In this document: positions 26,072 through 27,858 of the stretch, one piece after another | Position numbering within the stretch: position 1 is the first letter of the stretch | Layout: each line of letters begins with the position of its first letter | Assembly (NCBI GenBank): GCA_964626895.1 | Contig: CAZVHN010000354.1 | Location: forward strand, 1-27,858 | Reading direction: 5' to 3' | Length of the DNA stretch: 27,858 bases | Origin: an uncultured Chloracidobacterium sp. | GTDB taxonomy: Bacteria > Acidobacteriota > Blastocatellia > Pyrinomonadales > Pyrinomonadaceae | The notes under the pieces: generated by a model | The model's input: the letters and a program-made list of their open reading frames with translations, nothing else | Database searches by the model: none | Told to the model about the DNA's origin: nothing | Translations under genes and position numbers: made by a program

Positions 26072-26833
26072 TGCGTTCAATAAGGTGTCGTAGTGGTCAG
26101 GGTCGCCCGGTTGCGGAGCTGGAAAACCTGTGTACAGCGTGCAGCCGGCCTGGTTATCACAATCAACGACAAACGTACAGAAGGCATCAAAGCCCACCTG
26201 CCCTACATCATCTCGTATGCGCAAGCCGCGCAGATGCTGAATCATCCTTGCCGCTACGACAGGTTGGTCATGAGCGGACAAATGCAAGCTGTTCGCGTCT
26301 CGTTGGCGAAGCGGGGACACGAAGTTTGAAGCGATGTTGACCATCACAATACCGGCCGCAATGGTTTCCTGATCACCTTGGTGCACAATCTCGTGGGATG
26401 AACTTAACTCGTCAAATACGCGAGGCTGCGACTTCCCGTGCTCCGTCATGACTGCTTTGGCTTCACGGGCAATTAACAGCTTCGCTAGAGCGTTCTCACC
26501 CGACTTTCGTTGCTTGTTCTTAACCTTCCGAATTTGATTGCCCGCGACAGAGAGGACTGCTGGTTCGGCTGGAATGCCGACAGCGAGGTCCAGGGCCTTT
26601 GTTTTGCTGGTCGTCGCCCATGCATGCTTGACGTTAATTCCGTAGGCTACCCCGCCAGTAGAAGCTTGTTCTTGGAGGGATTGACAGCTCTTAAGCAAGT
26701 CAAGAATGACTAACTCGCAAAGTACGATCGAATGAAGGTCACTTCGGGGATGATACCGGTAGACGTGTGGTAGCTTCTTGTCTTTTTGTTCGTGAGTCGC
26801 CATCCAAGCGGCGACTTTCTCAGGTGCGCTCAT
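26009..26833 (-). CDS. Putative type II restriction endonuclease (PD-(D/E)xK), probably frameshifted near its C-terminus
   Basis: Convergent with and overlapping the MTase; candidate catalytic DLAVG...EAK followed by PRVFDELSSSH. The assignment rests on context and these motifs. Confidence 0.6.
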   Translation of the reverse strand: MSAPEKVAAWMATHEQKDKKLPHVYRYHPRSDLHSIVLCELVILDLLKSCQSLQEQASTGGVAYGINVKHAWATTSKTKALDLAVGIPAEPAVLSVAGNQIRKVKNKQRKSGENALAKLLIAREAKAVMTEHGKSQPRVFDELSSSHEIVHQGDQETIAAGIVMVNIASNFVSPLRQRDANSLHLSAHDQPVVAARMIQHLRGLRIRDDVGQVGFDAFCTFVVDCDNQAGCTLYTGFPAPQPGDPDHYDTLLNASRGFTQNVLVTFVDNNLNPL

Positions 26834-27038
26834 GGACCTGGAATATAGACCTCGTTGCTTCCGTCTGGCAAAGTTAAAGGGAAATGCCCCTCAAAATTAA
26901 TGCACGACGTTGGAATTGAAGCAGCTTGGTTTGGCCCAGGTGACACTCAGCTTTCTGAATCAGTGGCCCGCGAATATAATGAAAAACGCTGCCGGAGGCT
27001 AATGCGATTCGGAAGGAACTTGAAAGTGAGCTGGACTT

Positions 27039-27858
27039 CTGCCGAAAAACACAAAAGGAAAAATACTTGTAGTCGATGACGACCGCGCAATTCGCTGGAC
27101 GCTGAGCGAAGCCTTGCGAAGCTGGAGCTTCACCCCGCTTGAAGCAGGCACTGTTGTCGAAGCCCTGGCGCAATTCAACAGTGAATTACCTGCGGCAGTG
27201 TTGCTCGATATTGACCTGCCAGACGGCTCAGGGCTGGATGTTTTACGCCAGATAAAGCAGGAGCGACCCGAGTCTGTCGTGATCATGATCACCGGAAACG
27301 TCTTGATAGATAACACCATCTCCGCGCTCCGCGGCGGGGCCTACGATTTCATAAGCAAACCGATCAGCCTCGAAGAACTCCGCGTGACGATTCGCAACGG
27401 GATTGAAGCGCATCAATTACGTCGCGAAGTTGACCAGGTACGTAAAGAGCGCGCGCAACAGTTCGCTTTTGAACAGATTGTGGGCCAATCGCCGGCAATG
27501 CAAAAGATGCTCTCGCTGGCGGCGAAAGTAGCCGAGAGTGAAGTGTCCTCCGTTCTGCTGCAAGGAGAATCTGGAACAGGTAAGGACCTTGTCGCCAAGG
27601 CCATTCACTACGGCTCGCGGCGCGCTGATCGCCCGTTTGTGGCGATTAATTGCGCGGCGCTCCCGGCTACTCTGATTGAATCAGAGCTCTTCGGTTACGA
27701 GAAGGGGGCTTTCACTGACGCAAAGGCACGCAAGGAAGGCCTATTCGAACAGGCTGAAGGCGGAACGCTTTTGCTCGATGAGATTGGTGAACTGGAACTT
27801 TCGTTGCAGGCGAAACTTCTGCGTGTGTTGGAGGAGGGAGCTTTCCGGCGTGTCGGTG
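27039..27858 (+). CDS. Sigma54-dependent NtrC-type response regulator, 5' part; runs off window end
   Basis: Not in the ORF track. Manual translation: [30 protein letters not shown] (receiver); GESGTGKD (Walker A), [29 protein letters not shown] (Walker B). The only plausible in-frame start after TGA 27027-27029 is CTG 27039. Confidence 0.95.
   Translation, partial: MPKNTKGKILVVDDDRAIRWTLSEALRSWSFTPLEAGTVVEALAQFNSELPAAVLLDIDLPDGSGLDVLRQIKQERPESVVIMITGNVLIDNTISALRGGAYDFISKPISLEELRVTIRNGIEAHQLRREVDQVRKERAQQFAFEQIVGQSPAMQKMLSLAAKVAESEVSSVLLQGESGTGKDLVAKAIHYGSRRADRPFVAINCAALPATLIESELFGYEKGAFTDAKARKEGLFEQAEGGTLLLDEIGELELSLQAKLLRVLEEGAFRRVG

Noticed and set aside
26855-27079. 74-aa ORF upstream of and overlapping the NtrC gene
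   Set aside because: TTG start, no motifs, out of frame with the receiver domain; likely spurious.

Overview
A 27.9 kb bacterial chromosomal window that is mostly housekeeping, envelope and signalling genes. The Oar-like TonB-dependent receptor and the gene mix suggest Acidobacteriota, possibly Blastocatellia (inference, not verified). From left to right: the 5' part of a TonB-dependent receptor, carA, a membrane-TPR protein, lepB, HU/IHF, a site-2 protease, a LEA/ElaB-like protein, and a REC-GGDEF cyclase divergent from Crp/Fnr-yacG-TlpA-ICMT-pyk. Next come a radical SAM protein, a LolA-like protein, a TPR-Wza/SLBB protein, DUF512 and a SAM methyltransferase. An accessory block (~21.6-26.9 kb) holds a two-subunit GMC oxidoreductase, a 294-aa unknown protein and a convergent DNA methyltransferase/endonuclease pair, and the window ends inside a sigma54 NtrC-type regulator. 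The most notable signals are: (i) several large intergenic palindromic repeat elements built from shared REP-like units; (ii) a probable 1-nt frameshift near the end of the putative restriction endonuclease; (iii) a ~310-nt structured leader before the GMC genes; (iv) a receiver domain whose invariant Lys is replaced by Asp. All calls are by eye from motifs; no database searches were run.
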